DNA of 64,000 nucleotides from Eledone cirrhosa (Eukaryota), in NCBI GenBank assembly GCA_964016885.1, contig OZ024747.1:3534001-3598000 (forward strand), in the 5' to 3' direction. This document shows, in pieces, positions 12,703-26,749 of this stretch. The translations under genes and the position numbers were made by a program. The notes below the pieces were generated by a model. The model was not told the DNA's origin. It saw nothing but the letters and a program-made list of their open reading frames with translations, and did no database searches. Within the stretch, counting starts at the first letter, position 1. The number at the start of each line of letters is the position of its first letter.

Positions 12703-13899
12703 TATCCTTTTTGGTAATGGTCTCAGTATAAAACACTTCAAATTTACATTATAAATGTCCAGGGGAATTTAACCACTAGGTTGTGCATCAAAGGCTATCA
12801 CTTAATTGTTAATTATTTTCCTGTGGTAGACAAATGTTATTTTTTAAACCAATGTCCCTCTACTTTATAAATATCAAAGTCTTTCCAGTTGGTTTATTGG
12901 TGCTTTTGAATAGTTCCAAGCCAACTCTGATCCATAGATATATTGCATTCCAGTAGTTGGCTGAACAACCATGTGTGATAAACAGATCTATTGTTTCAGA
13001 TATACCATGGCTTTTCCTAGCTGAAGACCCATCATTGTGGTTAGTAATACATTCTATCATATGTAAATTATATAGAGTCCAGTGTTGTAGTCTGAAGATG
13101 CATTATGTTCAGTTTAGTTTATCTTTATTTGCTTTTCAGTCAACTTGTTTATCATTGTTTACAATGCGCCATACTTTCTGCAACAATTTAGCAATTCTAT
13201 TGTGTGTTTCTTTTTAAGATGGTTCTGTATTTTGTTCCTATGATGTTTTCATTCTTCAGCATTAGATATGACCTTTCCATTATTCCAGTTCTTGTTTATC
13301 TCTTGGTAAAACTACTTTTGTTCTCTGTGGATCATTCAATCCTGACTATATTGTTCTAACCATTGTTGAAATCTTCTCATTTTGCTTGCTTGAGCCATGA
13401 ATCTCTGCTTAAATTCCTCTATTATATCATGAGCCATTTTTTATCATCCTATATTGTTTTTCAAGGATCAAACATTATGATGTATTTTTCAAACTCTCTA
13501 TTTTGCTTTTCTTTCCTAGAATACTAAAATATCTATGATGTCTTTTGAAGTTATTTTTGATCTGTCTTTTCCAATATGACTCCAATTTTTTAGTTTTTTT
13601 GTCTCTTGTAATTCCTAATTTCTCTTTTATACAAAATTCAAGCATCATTTAGTATCTTGTTTGTCTGTGTTATATTATCAATTCCAATGTATTCTAGGAT
13701 TCTATTAAATTTCTCTGTGATTACATTTCATCTGTCTATAATGCGTTTGTTTGTTTTTAGTTTTGTAGTTTCTTACTGCTCTCAATTTTCTCTTTTATGT
13801 GAATGTTTTCCCTTGCCACTATTTTTAATTCTGTGTACATTGATGATGAGGTTATAATTTCAAGATAGCCAAAATAAATTTAGTGTTTGGAAGATTATG

Positions 13900-14400
13900 C
13901 TACACAGTTTAGGAATATAAAAATATCAGTATTAAAACCAAGCAGTCACATTCTCCATACTTCTCTATGCCTGTTAGACATGGACTTTTTGCAGCAAACA
14001 TACCAAAGATATAAGTCACTTTCACACCACATGTCATCCCAGAATATTACATTTTAAGTGACAAGAAACAGTTCCAGGCATAGAAATGCTCCAATTTGCA
14101 AAATTTCCTTCAATACAAACCCTATTGGAAAAGAATCTAATTTGCTGGACAGGTCATGTCATCTTGATACATGATATGTGCATAGCAAAGCAACTCCTAT
14201 ACAAGGAGCTTGATACACAGAAGAGAATAGCTGGTGATCACAAAAAGTGTTACAAGGTTGGCCTGAAAGTAAGATTGAGTATTGGCATAAAATGCTGGGA
14301 ATAGCTTCCTTAGGAATCCAGAACAGGCCCCTTATAATATACCCTCATCAACAAAGGGTTAAATATCCTTGCAAGAGGATGATTTCTGACAGTGGAAACC
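13900..14400 (+). mobile_element. Old RTE-clade LINE fragment (intron of gene 1)
   Basis: PSIQTLL...WTGHVI...IAKQLLYKEL...KR..G..KKCYK fits the RTE post-RT pattern; contains stops and frameshifts. Confidence 0.6.
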
Positions 14401-15679
14401 CAATAAGGCTGCACAAAGCCCGATCAGCCAGTAAATCAAATGAAGCCATAGACAACATGTGGCTTTCACGTGGTTTTCATGTGGCCATTATTCCCATTCC
14501 AGAGTCAAACTCACCAATTATTTATAGACACATAAACCCAATTAATCATGTAACCATAGCAATGATCATCATTGATTGCTTTTGGAGGAATATCATCTTT
14601 AATTTCTCAATAGATAAATTGTCTTTCTTGCATTTTTTTTCAGTGAAGAATAAATTTTCTCTGCTTTTCTCATGGCTTCGAATTATGTCTTAGTTTTCGT
14701 TGTTAGTTCTGGTCTTTGTCTAATTGGATTGGTCTAGTTAGATTGGTATAATTGTTACAACATCAGACATGATGACATTCAGAATTTCTTCTGCTTCTTT
14801 ATGTTCTGTGTACAAATCCTGTTGAAGTCAACTTTGCTTTGTTTCCTTTCAAAGTTGATAAAATAGAGTACCAGTGAAGGTACATGGTCTACTGATAAGG
14901 GTGATGGACTTATGATCATAATGTTGAAGATTTATTCCTGGACTGTGTTGTGTTCTTGAGAAAAAACTTAATTTCACTTTGCTGCAGTATACTTGGCTGA
15001 AAATGAGTACAAGCAATAGCTGGGCTGGACTGGCATCCTGTCCAGGGGTGGGTCTTGTACTCTCAGTCACTTCACACCACAGAAACCGGGATAAGTACTG
15101 GCCAGTTGAGCCTCCTTGCTTAAAACAGGCATCAGACGTTTGTTTAGAAGCATGAATTGTTTCATCAGCTGATACTGATGTCTCTCGGTCTTCTAAAAGG
15201 AAACAGACTATAGCTGAGAATACCAAATATACCTTTATAGACCTGCTTGTGCTTCCAGAATGGATGAAGTCATATATCCCAATGGTTATAAAAGAGAGAA
15301 GCAGTGACTTTAGATATTAAATTTGAAAGGTAATCTGTTCAATGCAAAAAAATTGAACATTTTACTTCATTCCATCATCTGGTTTTAGGTAGTAATGGAC
15401 TTACTTATAAGCTAAATAAGCTATAGCTTAGGACCACACACACCTGAGGGGAGGGAGGCTGCGTTTTTATATATATTTTTTATTTTATTAGTTTTTATTT
15501 TTAACATTAAATTAACAAAAAAAATATATATCATTTATTCTTTATCATTATCATACATATAAAAAAAAACTACATTATTTTAGAGAAGGGCCTCAAATTT
15601 CATATAGCTTAAGGACCCAGCAGATCTCTTCAAGAGAGAGGGAGAGAGGGAAGGGAGGGAGAAAAATATATAAAGGAAG

Positions 15680-15830
15680 AATCGACCCCAGTACTAGACT
15701 GGTACTTTTTTTATCAACCTCGAAAGGATGAAAGGCAAAGTAGACCTCAGTTGTTTTGAACTCAGAGAGCCCAACCAAACTCTGTAAAGCATTCTATCTG
15801 ATGTTCTAACGACTCTACTAATTCACAACC
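15680..15830 (-). mobile_element. Meta-like SINE
   Basis: Same core in reverse. Confidence 0.65.
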
Positions 15831-16347
15831 TTGCAATTATTGGGGAAAAACATTGGAAAATCTACGAGATAATCCTACATTATATTAATCATTATCAATA
15901 CGGAATTCCTGAGTTTATGTTTAACATATTACAAATACAGATGAAAAGCAATGAACATATTTATGAAGGAAGTATGACAGTAATGACAGTTTTATGTTCC
16001 TTTCTTCTTTTCAAGATAATTATAATAAAATACAGCTTAAAACAAATTCGTTTTTGTTTTTTTGTCCTTTCTTCAACATAACCATAATTTACACGTTCAA
16101 AGACCCACCTCTGTTCCATTTTCTGACAGAAATATGCTTTATTATGAAAGTTATGTGGAGAGAAAGTCAGGCAGTGGTAGGAGCATTGGATTGTAGTTCT
16201 GCCTATAGAAGGCGTTGCTGGGCCCATGCTCAAGTAACGTTCTCTATTGATTCTAATAAAGAGTGCACCGTGAGTCGTACAATACAATTTCACAGATCAT
16301 GTAGTCATTCTATTATAAATAAATCTATCTAACTTTTTCTCACAATT

Positions 16348-16408
<61 letters not shown>

Positions 16409-16410
16409 AG

Positions 16411-16441
<31 letters not shown>

Positions 16442-16455
16442 GATTAAATATATAT

Positions 16456-17378
16456 GTTTCTATTTATTGCCACAAGGGCACAAAAGAAGGGGACAAATAC
16501 AAAGGGGGGAGTTTACACAAAAGAACGAGTAAAAAAAACAAATAACAAATATAAAAGACAGACAGGCAGATAAATAGATAGATAGATAGATAGATATGTT
16601 TCTTTATTAGCCACAGGGGCACAAAAGAAGGGGACAAATACAAAGGGGGAAGTTTACATACAATAAAAACGTGTAAAATATTAACACAAATGCAATTTAA
16701 AAATTGGTCGATTTTCCCCAATAGGAGGAGATAGTTCATATGGGTAACACATACCCCGGAAAAAATGTGCAACCCTCATCTCCAGGAGTACGAAGAGTTT
16801 GTACTCCTTTCCTCTCCTCCTCCTTTTCCTCAACCTACAGGCTGATATAGAGAGAAGGCCCATTCACTCGGGCCATTCTTGCCACTTTCACCCACCTTTC
16901 ATAAAACTTGCTGGGGTACAGCACCTCTCTCTCCATCGTGATTTTTCTTCTAAAGTGGTATTTGAAAAAAAGAATCAGTTGTTGGCCGGAGAGAAAGGTG
17001 TCTGACCTCAGCCCTTTCAACCTTGTCCACCATACAACCTCTTTCGCCATAGCTATCACACAAAGGAAAACCGCCGCTCCTTCGTTTTTGAAGGAGGGTG
17101 GCGGTTTGATCATGACAATGGACTTGGTGGTCAACCGGATTGGTCCCACCCGCGACAATAGTTGTTCTACATAGCCCCACAGGTCGGTGATGCTCGGGCA
17201 GTGTATGAATGCGTGCGCGACGGTTTCTTCATCTTGCACACACCTCGGACAGATCTATATTGCAGGGTCCCTGCCCGGGCGCCCATGTCTGTAGAGCTTG
17301 TCTCGAACTGGTGGAGCTCCTCGGTAGCACTGCCAGGCCAGGGACTTTTGGAAGTTGTCCATCGGTCCCAGGCGGAAG
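16456..17378 (-). mobile_element. 5'-truncated L1/Tx1-clade LINE fragment
   Basis: Minus strand encodes the zinc-knuckle region CPRC..DEETVAHAFIHC and the C-terminal helical region typical of Tx1 ORF2. The 3' terminus is duplicated (about 16456-16518 and 16597-16658). Confidence 0.75.
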
Positions 17379-17722
17379 ATAGATAGATAAATAGGTAGAT
17401 TTGTGGATGTATGGGTAGATGAATATTTGGATAGATAGATAAATAGATTGATAGGGAGAGAGAGCGAGAAAGATCTATATATAAAGAGAGAGAGAAATGA
17501 AAGTTGTTAATAACTCAATTAAAATGTCTAAATTAAGCCCCTGTTAAAAAATATGACCTAAAATATCTTCCCAAAGATAATAAAATCTGATGATTATAGG
17601 TAAAAATATTATGAAAATGTCTCCTACCTTTATTTGGTTTTGTTGGTGTTGAGTATTTTATTTATTTCTTTTAAATGTGACAACAAAGGAAAATCAATTT
17701 CTTGACTTTCTTTATTAAAGAT

Positions 17723-17962
17723 ACCACCACCACCACCACCACTGGACCACCACCACCACCACCACCACCACCACCACTGGACCACCACCACCACCACCAC
17801 CACCACCACCAGCACCACCAGCACCATCAGCACCACCACCAGCACCACCACCAGCACCACCACCACCACCACCACCAGCACCACCACCACCACCACCACC
17901 AGCACCACCACCACCACTACCACCACCACTGGACCACCACCACCACCACCACCACCAGCACC

Positions 17963-17993
<31 letters not shown>

Positions 17994-18123
17994 CCAGCAC
18001 CACCACCAGCACCACCAGCACCACCAGCACCATCACCACCACCACCAGCACCACCACCACTACCACCAGCACCAACACCACCACCACCACCACCAGCACT
18101 ACCACCAGCACCACCACCACCAA

Positions 18124-18154
<31 letters not shown>

Positions 18155-18323
18155 ACTGTCACCATCACCAATCACCATCACATCACTATCATCATCATCA
18201 GTATCACCACCACCATCACCACCATCACCACCACCACCACTACCATCACCGTCACCATCACCACCATCACCATCACCACCATCACCACCACCATTACCAT
18301 CACCATCACTATCATCATCATCA
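17723..18323. repeat. (CAC)n/(CAT)n microsatellite
   Basis: Direct inspection. Confidence 0.95.
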
Positions 18324-18473
18324 TGTGTAGTTAATTAGTTCTATTGTATTGAAGAGGGAGACCATTTATCTAGAGTAAAATACTGACTTTAATGGTTTCC
18401 TATTGTCTTGTTGATGCCCATGGGAATATTTCATCTCCACACTACTACACACTCTTATATAGTCAAATATTTT

Positions 18474-18902
18474 CATCAAGTCTTTACTGCCATTATACAG
18501 GTGTATTGAAGTAGGGCCTGGCTTGGTAGACAGGACCGGGGTGTAGGAGGTGGGCTGGCTACTCAAGGACAACCACACAGTAACAACAACAACAACCACA
18601 TCAAGTCTTTACTGCCATCATACAGGGGTATTGAAGTAGGGCCTGGCTTGGTAGACAGGACCGGGGTGTAGGAGGTGGGCTGGCTACTCAAGGACAACCA
18701 CACAGTAACAACAACAACAACCACATCAAGTCTTTACTGCCATCATACAGGGGTATTGAAGTAGGGCCTGGCTTGGTAGACAGGACCGGGGTGTAGGAGG
18801 TGGGCTGGCTACTCAAGGACAACCACACAGTAACAACAACAACAACCACATCAAGTCTTTACTGCCATCATACAGGGGTATTGAAGTAGGGCCTGGCTTG
18901 GC
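18474..18902. repeat. 125-bp tandem repeat, about 3.4 copies
   Basis: Units start at 18474, 18599, 18724 and 18849 (catcaagtctttactgcca…). Confidence 0.9.
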
Positions 18903-19704
18903 TTGGTAGGGTGGGTGGTGTTGGGGTGGGAGCTGGGGTGGAGTGGGGTGATGGGTGGCTACTCTAGGACAGCTACATACTAACAACATCAACAACAACA
19001 ACAACCACACTAACAATAACAACAACCACACTAACAACAACCACAACAACAACAACCACACTAACAACAACAACAACAATCACATTAACAATAGCAACCG
19101 CCTAAACACAAACAATCCTGACAACAACACCAAACAATAAATCTATATGAGTAATAGACAGTGAATTAAATATAGGATAGAAAGTGGTAGTTGTTCCAGT
19201 TCTTTGAGTTCAAATCCCACCAAGGTCAATTTAGTCTTTCATCCTTTTGAGGTCGAAAAAATAAGTGTGAAATAAAATGTTTACCATGAAAATACAACAG
19301 TAAATATAGAGTAATGTAAATGTTGAAGCTTTAAGATGCCCAAGACATGCTGTATTTCATGATAACACCCCTCTGACTCCATCAGGAGTTATCAGTCCAT
19401 ATATATGAGTGATATTCTTCTTTGATGCAGTTTTTAACCAGTGAGAAGTTAATCTTCATAGGAATATCAACAAGGATGTACATTCTGGTATAGATACTAC
19501 ATCTCCATTTTACATATAACATTTACACTCTTCCATATATTTTAAATTAAGGTTTTATAGATTCAACAGATGAGTAATATGCTGGAATTTCATGTAGTAT
19601 TTTCAAGGAAAAATTTAAATCTTTACATGAGTATAAACTGTGATTAAAATATTTCAATAAATCTTTTTAATGTTAAATATTTTTTTTGTATTTCTTCTTT
19701 GCAG

Positions 19705-19967
19705 GTGTGAAAGGTGTCCAACTGAAAGTGACCCCTGATGCAGACAGAAAAACCTTACCTCAGGTTCTTAGCCGACCTAGAAATAGCAATCTTGCCATTA
19801 GCTCTTCTTACCAACCAAATGCTAATCAATTTAGTCAAACTAATAATGTTATAAATCTAAAGACAACCCAAGTGGATAACTCTAACATGCCTCCAACCTG
19901 GAATCTACCTATGCGGAACAGTTTTACAGCATACAATAAACCTTTACCCAAAGTACCATTTTCATGA
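19705..19967 (+). CDS. Protocadherin gene 1, last coding exon
   Basis: Strong acceptor tttcttctttgcAG. The phase-1 join (G|GT) continues in the frame of ORF 19686-19967: GVKGVQLKVTP...WNLPMRNSFTAYNKPLPKVPFS*. Confidence 0.8.
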
Positions 19968-20934
19968 TTAAACAAGTCTTTTGTTTGAACGCCTTTCCTG
20001 CCTGCAAACATACTTAAATGAATGTTTAGTTTCATACAGCTAGGCCTTTATTATTAGATAGCATCATTAAACTGTTACTGCACAAAACAAATCATATTAT
20101 GCTATACAACATTTCAGACTACACAACAAGAATATATAGCGTTAAAACCAATATTGCTAATGCATTCTGACATAGCGAAGCATAAGGTATGAAGATAACT
20201 TTCTGCTGACTTTAAAGAAATGCATTTCAGTCTTCTTGTATGGTTATAATATTTTCACTTACACATATACATTTATAGTGAAAGGATTTTTTTCTCTGAC
20301 TTTTCATATTAATATCTGAAAACTTCATAATATTATACTCTTAACTCATTAATTAAGTGCCAGCAAAAGATAGAAATTTCCACAGGCTATAAGATTCAAT
20401 ATAATTATTCATTAATTATTTATTTCATATCACCATCACCACCACTACCATCATCATCATCATTATCATCATCATTGTCATCATCATCATCAACTTTATT
20501 GCTATCAACATTTCAAACATCATCAATATTATCTTCCTCATCACCGTCATAATCATCATCACCGTCATTGCCGTCATCACCGTCATTGCCATCATCAGTC
20601 ACATTGTCATCATTATCATAGTTGTTGTTGTGGTTAAATAAAAAATATTATCATTATCATTATTATTATTGTTATTATTATTATTATTTGCAATATTATT
20701 TAGGTTTTGGGCATTTTCAATCATCTCAAAATTGATTCTGTTCCTAATTTTGCTAAATTTTAATTTTTTATCAAATTATTATTATTATTATTATTATTAT
20801 TATTTTACTATTATTATTATTAATTTATTTGCTTTTCTCTTCTTCTTTTTTCTTACCCTGTATGAACTCTATATTTGTAAGGAATGTGGTGCACCCAACC
20901 CACACACACATTATACACACACACACACACACAT

Positions 20935-21465
<531 letters not shown>

Positions 21466-22080
21466 TGTGTGTGTGCGTATTCCTTTTTTAATTTGCAGAA
21501 GTAAGGTTATTTAAATTGGAATGAAATATTTGAGATCAATATTTTTCAATTAGAAATACATAAAAATTGTATATTATTTATGCTATCTATGTAAGCATAT
21601 CCATGCCAAATACTAGCATTAAAAAGTGTATGGATTCTAGTTTAAAATATAAAATTCTCATTTTTTTCCCTTGCAAAACAAAACAAGAAACAAAACAAGA
21701 ACTTCAACCAGCTCTTGAAATTTTCCCAAAAAATATTGCAATTTTCAAGTTTTCAAAAGATTAGATTGAGCAGCATCAAACTTCAGTTGGACAAAGAGAG
21801 AAAAGTATATCATTTCTCACTCTTACTGTAGACAATTGTCAAAGACTTGCTAGCCAACTATCTGCCATTTATCTTTGTCAATAGAGAGAAAGAACCCATT
21901 GGCTACAAGTAAGTTGAATTCTTTATTTCCATATTTATCTATTATTATATGTATATATATATTTATAGTTATATGTATATATATGTATATATATATATTT
22001 ATATGTATAAATATGTATGTATATATATGTATATATACGATATTAAATAAATGGAAACTATATTTATAAAACCATATTTA

Positions 22081-22142
22081 TTTCATTATATATATTTCAG
22101 GGATATCATATTAACAATATGCTATGCCTTCTTCAGACAAAA
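22081..22142 (-). ncRNA. Type-I hammerhead ribozyme (family B, mirror copy)
   Basis: Exact inverted copy of 22330-22391. Confidence 0.7.
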
Positions 22143-22329
22143 TACAATATAGACAGTTTTATAGATAAATAGATTTGACATACCGTTCAACATCGACTTG
22201 TATTTGAAAAAGTTGATTTGGCAAATCAACTTTTTTGAAAAGTTGATTTGCCAAATCAACTTTTTCAAATACAAGTCGATGTTGAACGGTATGTCAAATC
22301 TATTTATCTATAAAACTGTCTATATTGTA

Positions 22330-22391
22330 TTTTGTCTGAAGAAGGCATAGCATATTGTTAATATGATATCCCTGAAATATATATAATGAAA
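22330..22391 (+). ncRNA. Type-I hammerhead ribozyme (family B)
   Basis: TTTTGT-CTGAAGA-AGG...CATATT/AATATG...CCT-GAAAT-atat-ATA|ATGAAA. Confidence 0.7.
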
Positions 22392-22767
22392 TAAATATGG
22401 TTTTATAAATATAGTTTCCATTTATTTAATATCGTAAATATACTCCAAATACTTGTTGAGTGCTTTTATATCAGTTATAAATATTTACTAGTTGTAACCC
22501 AACAATTTTAAATATAACTTTCCATATATGTGTATATATATATATATTTACATATATATATATATATATATTTATAGTTATATGTATATATATGTATATA
22601 TATATATTTATATGTATATATATGTATATATATATGTATATATATATATATATATGTATATACATATATATATGTGTATACATACACTCCACCACTCCAC
22701 CTCTCCACCACTCCACCACACCAACACTCCACCACTCCATACAAACATGGAGACGCAGACATAAAAA

Positions 22768-23095
22768 TAATTGTTTCTACTTTTGGCACAAAGCCAGCAA
22801 TTACCTCAGTGTATTACTGGTACTTTAGTCTGTCTTAAGCCAGAAAGCTCATTTTGCCGGTGCCTATCCCAGTGTCATGGCATGAAGTGACTGAGAGTAC
22901 AAGACTTCCCCCTGGATACGACACCAGTCCATCGCAGGGTTAAACCCCCAGCTATTGCTGGTACTTCATGTTATCGACCCTGTAAGGATGAAAGTTAACC
23001 TCGGCAGGATTTGAACTCAGACCGTAAAGGGCCGTATCTCTATGCTGCAAAGCATGGCCTCCGACCCTCTACCGATACTGCCAAACCACCGCCAG
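22768..23095 (-). mobile_element. Composite SINE (Meta-like SINE interrupted by a second SINE segment)
   Basis: Tail at 22768-22828 and head at 22965-23095 flank a segment with ctggatacgacaccagtccatcgcagg. Confidence 0.6.
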
Positions 23096-23540
23096 ACATA
23101 AAAATAATTATGCTTATGATGTTGATGAAAAAAAAATGTCTTTGCAACTAAAATTTCAACATAAAATTTCTTTGTAGTTATTACCATTTTTTTCTCTCTC
23201 TTAATCACTCTCTCTCACACACTCTCTCTCACTCTCTTACTCTCTGACAAACACACTCTCTCACCCTCTCTCTCACCATATGTGTTTTAGTATGTATTTA
23301 TATTATTATTCATTTATTTAATAGTTTGTTTAAAACTATATTCAAATTATGTCAATTAATTTAAATAGTTAGTCTCTAACCCCCCTCTCTCTCGCACCCC
23401 CTCCCAACCATCTCCCCCCCTTTCTCTCTCACCACCCCATATCCCCCCCTCCCCAACACCATCTCTGTGTTTCAGAAAATGGCTATGAATAGTCCAATGA
23501 TAGATCAGACAGTTATAGACTTTGGACATTCAATGGACAG

Positions 23541-23558
23541 TGGTGCCACCTAGTGCTA
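23541..23558 (-). promoter_or_regulatory. CTCF-like binding site
   Basis: Minus strand reads TAGCACTAGGTGGCACCA; plus-strand GTGCCACCTAGTG fits the CTCF core GTGCCMYCTRGTG. It sits in a short unique island between the two genes. Confidence 0.55.
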
Positions 23559-23582
23559 TTATTGCACAGGGACGGTAACAAC

Positions 23583-23755
23583 CACACACACACACACACA
23601 CATACATACACTCACATGCTTCACATACACATATATATATGTACATATATATGTATATATATATGTATATATATATACACATGCGTATATATATATATAT
23701 ATACACACATGTATGTATGTATATGTATATATATATATACACACACATGTGTGTG

Positions 23756-23787
<32 letters not shown>

Positions 23788-23809
23788 TACACACATGTAT
23801 GTATATATG

Positions 23810-23848
<39 letters not shown>

Positions 23849-24030
23849 GTGTGTATATATATGTATATATATACATATATATACACACATGTATGTATAT
23901 ATATATACATATATATATATCATCAATTAATGTCCATTTTCCATGAAAGGAAGAGAGAGAGAGTGAGAGAGAAAGAGAGAGAGAGAGGGGGGAGAGAGAG
24001 ATGGACAGAACGTAAGAGACAAACAAATGA

Positions 24031-24111
<81 letters not shown>

Positions 24112-24305
24112 TAGATAGATAGATAGATAGATAGATAAAGAAAGAGAGAGACATAGAGACAGGTGGAGAGAGGTAGAGACAGGTAGAGACATAGAGACAG
24201 GTAGAGAGAGAGAGAGAGAGAGAGACAGGTAGAGAGAGAGAGAGACATAGGGACAGGTAGAGAGAGAGAGAGAGAGACATAGAGAGAGGTAGAGAGAGAG
24301 AGAAG
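23583..24305. repeat. (TA/CA)n followed by (GACA)n(GATA)n(GA)n
   Basis: Direct inspection. Confidence 0.9.
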
Positions 24306-24546
24306 AGATGAGAAGAAATCAAAGTTCAAACCTTCAACAGTCAAAATACACTAATAAATATAAGTTGATTCTAAAATTGGTTTCATTCCTTCAATTATGG
24401 TATTTAATTTGAAACCAGAATTACATGGCTTCAAAGCAAAAGCTTATAAATTAGGTTTGCCTGCAAATATCTAATAAAATTTCAAGATGTGAATAGCAAA
24501 CTTATATATCTCTGTCTCTCTCTCTTTCCCCTACACTCTCTCCCTT

Positions 24547-24616
<70 letters not shown>

Positions 24617-24630
24617 GTGTGTATATATAT

Positions 24631-24690
<60 letters not shown>

Positions 24691-24836
24691 ATGCTAGCGT
24701 GGAAAATGGACGTTAAACGAAGATGATGATGATGATGATGTGTATATATACATATATATATTATATATATATATTATATATATATATATATAGTATATAG
24801 GGGTGTTTGTGTTTGTGTGTTTCTGAGTGTAAGTGT

Positions 24837-24868
<32 letters not shown>

Positions 24869-25318
24869 CTGTGTGTGCTTGTGTGTGTAAGTGTGTGTGT
24901 GGGTGTGTGTAAGTGTGTGTGTAAGTGTGTGTGTGTGTAAGCGTGTGTAAGTGTGTGTGTGTGTGGGTGTGTGTAAGTGTGTGGGTGTGTGTAAGTGTGT
25001 GTGTGTGTGATTGTGTATGTCTCAATGGAAAGAATTGTGTTTCACTTTGTTAAACATGATATATACTATTTCATTCTTGCTTTTCTTCTATTTAATCCTT
25101 CTTTCTGACTCTCTCTCTCTCTCTCTCCCTCTCTCTCTCTCACTCATTCACTCACTCTCCACCCCTCCACCTTCGACCATCACTGCTTTATTTTCCTTTT
25201 AATATCTAATTTTGTGCCATGAAGTGTATACTATCCTTTGCGGCATATCTTTACAGGACAGTTTATCATTAAATTACATTTTCAGAAGGGGGGGGGGGGG
25301 GGGGGGGGTGCAATCATC

Positions 25319-25324
<6 letters not shown>

Positions 25325-25349
<25 letters not shown>

Positions 25350-26035
25350 CAACACATATAAACACAGGGACACACATACACATATATATTTACATATATA
25401 TATATATACAAAGAGAAACATAGACCCACACATATATTTATATATACATACATAAACAAGTGCAGACACTCACATGCAACACATAAAGACATACATATAC
25501 ATACACATACACTACACATAGATGCACATAGCACATATACACACACACAAATGCATACAGATACACATACATGCTCATACACACACAACACATACACAGC
25601 ATATAGAGATATTTACATACACACAACACACAGCTCTTATACATGCACACATAGTCACACACAATGACACATAACACATACACACAACCCACACAGCTCA
25701 CACAGTCACACACATGCCACATACATCACACACACAAACACACACTCCACTCACACACACCACACACAGTCACACACTCACACACACAACACAACCCAAA
25801 CGCCACAAGCATCACACACTGTCACATACACACACAAGACAAACACCACACACAGTCAGACACAACCTCACACAACACAACACAACATACACACACAGTC
25901 ACACACAACTTCACACAACACAACACCACATACAACACACACAGTCAGACACAACCTCACATACCACAACACAACACAACACAACATAACATACACACAC
26001 AGTCACACACAACACCACACCACATACAACATACA
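25325..26035. repeat. CA-rich low-complexity tract
   Basis: Direct inspection. Confidence 0.9.
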
Positions 26036-26263
26036 CCATTCCTCATATTGGGAGAAGTAGCTAATAAATATCCAGCTATTTCTTAATACTTGTTTTCCAT
26101 CTGTGAACTCGTCTGTAAATATTATATAGTAATATAGTAATAGATACTTTCATTAGAATTTCAAAAATGTAATTCTGATTAAAAATTGATCAAATTGGCA
26201 AAACAATTCACCATCGAAAACCACAGATATAATAGAAAACCCAATCATAATTTTTTTTTATAT

Positions 26264-26377
<114 letters not shown>

Positions 26378-26706
26378 GGTTTAGGAATATATTCCTAAAC
26401 CTATAACGGCTCTGTAGTATACCAGTTATCCTACATCGAACTAAAACCACACTGTCATACAAAGGGCAATATATCTGCATATCTGGGCACATTGATATAT
26501 TTGTCAACGAAACTGTATATATATATGTATGTATGTGTATATATATATGTGTGTATATATATATATATATTGTTATGCTTTGGGAGGGTCATGTTGCCAA
26601 TAAGAAACACACGCACCAGTTGCTTTCACTTCAATTTATTATAAATTAAATTTATAAATTTCCGGTTGGCTGGTTGGTTCCACAACCAGACAATTGTTCA
26701 TATATT

Positions 26707-26749
26707 GTCAAAGTTCTTTCGTCACACATTCTGTGACCTCTTCAGTGAC
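26707..26749 (-). ncRNA. Minimal type-I hammerhead ribozyme (family A, inverted arm)
   Basis: Reverse complement is GTCACTGAAGAGGTCACAGAATGTGTGACGAAAGAACTTTGAC. Confidence 0.75.

Larger units (their letters stand above)
22036..22525 (+). mobile_element. Fold-back Penelope-like pLTR element (family B) with perfect 199-bp inverted arms
   Basis: 22036-22234 is the exact reverse complement of 22238-22436. It contains a hammerhead, is homologous to 56461-57087, and is inserted in TA-rich repeat. Confidence 0.75.

Noticed and set aside
12860-13860. Possible decayed Penelope RT on the minus strand next to the 12654 motif
   Set aside because: Only vague motif resemblance by eye; it needs a translated profile search.
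19907-19935. WIRS (WAVE-complex binding) motif in MRNSFTAY
   Set aside because: The position two residues before S is R, not a bulky hydrophobic residue.
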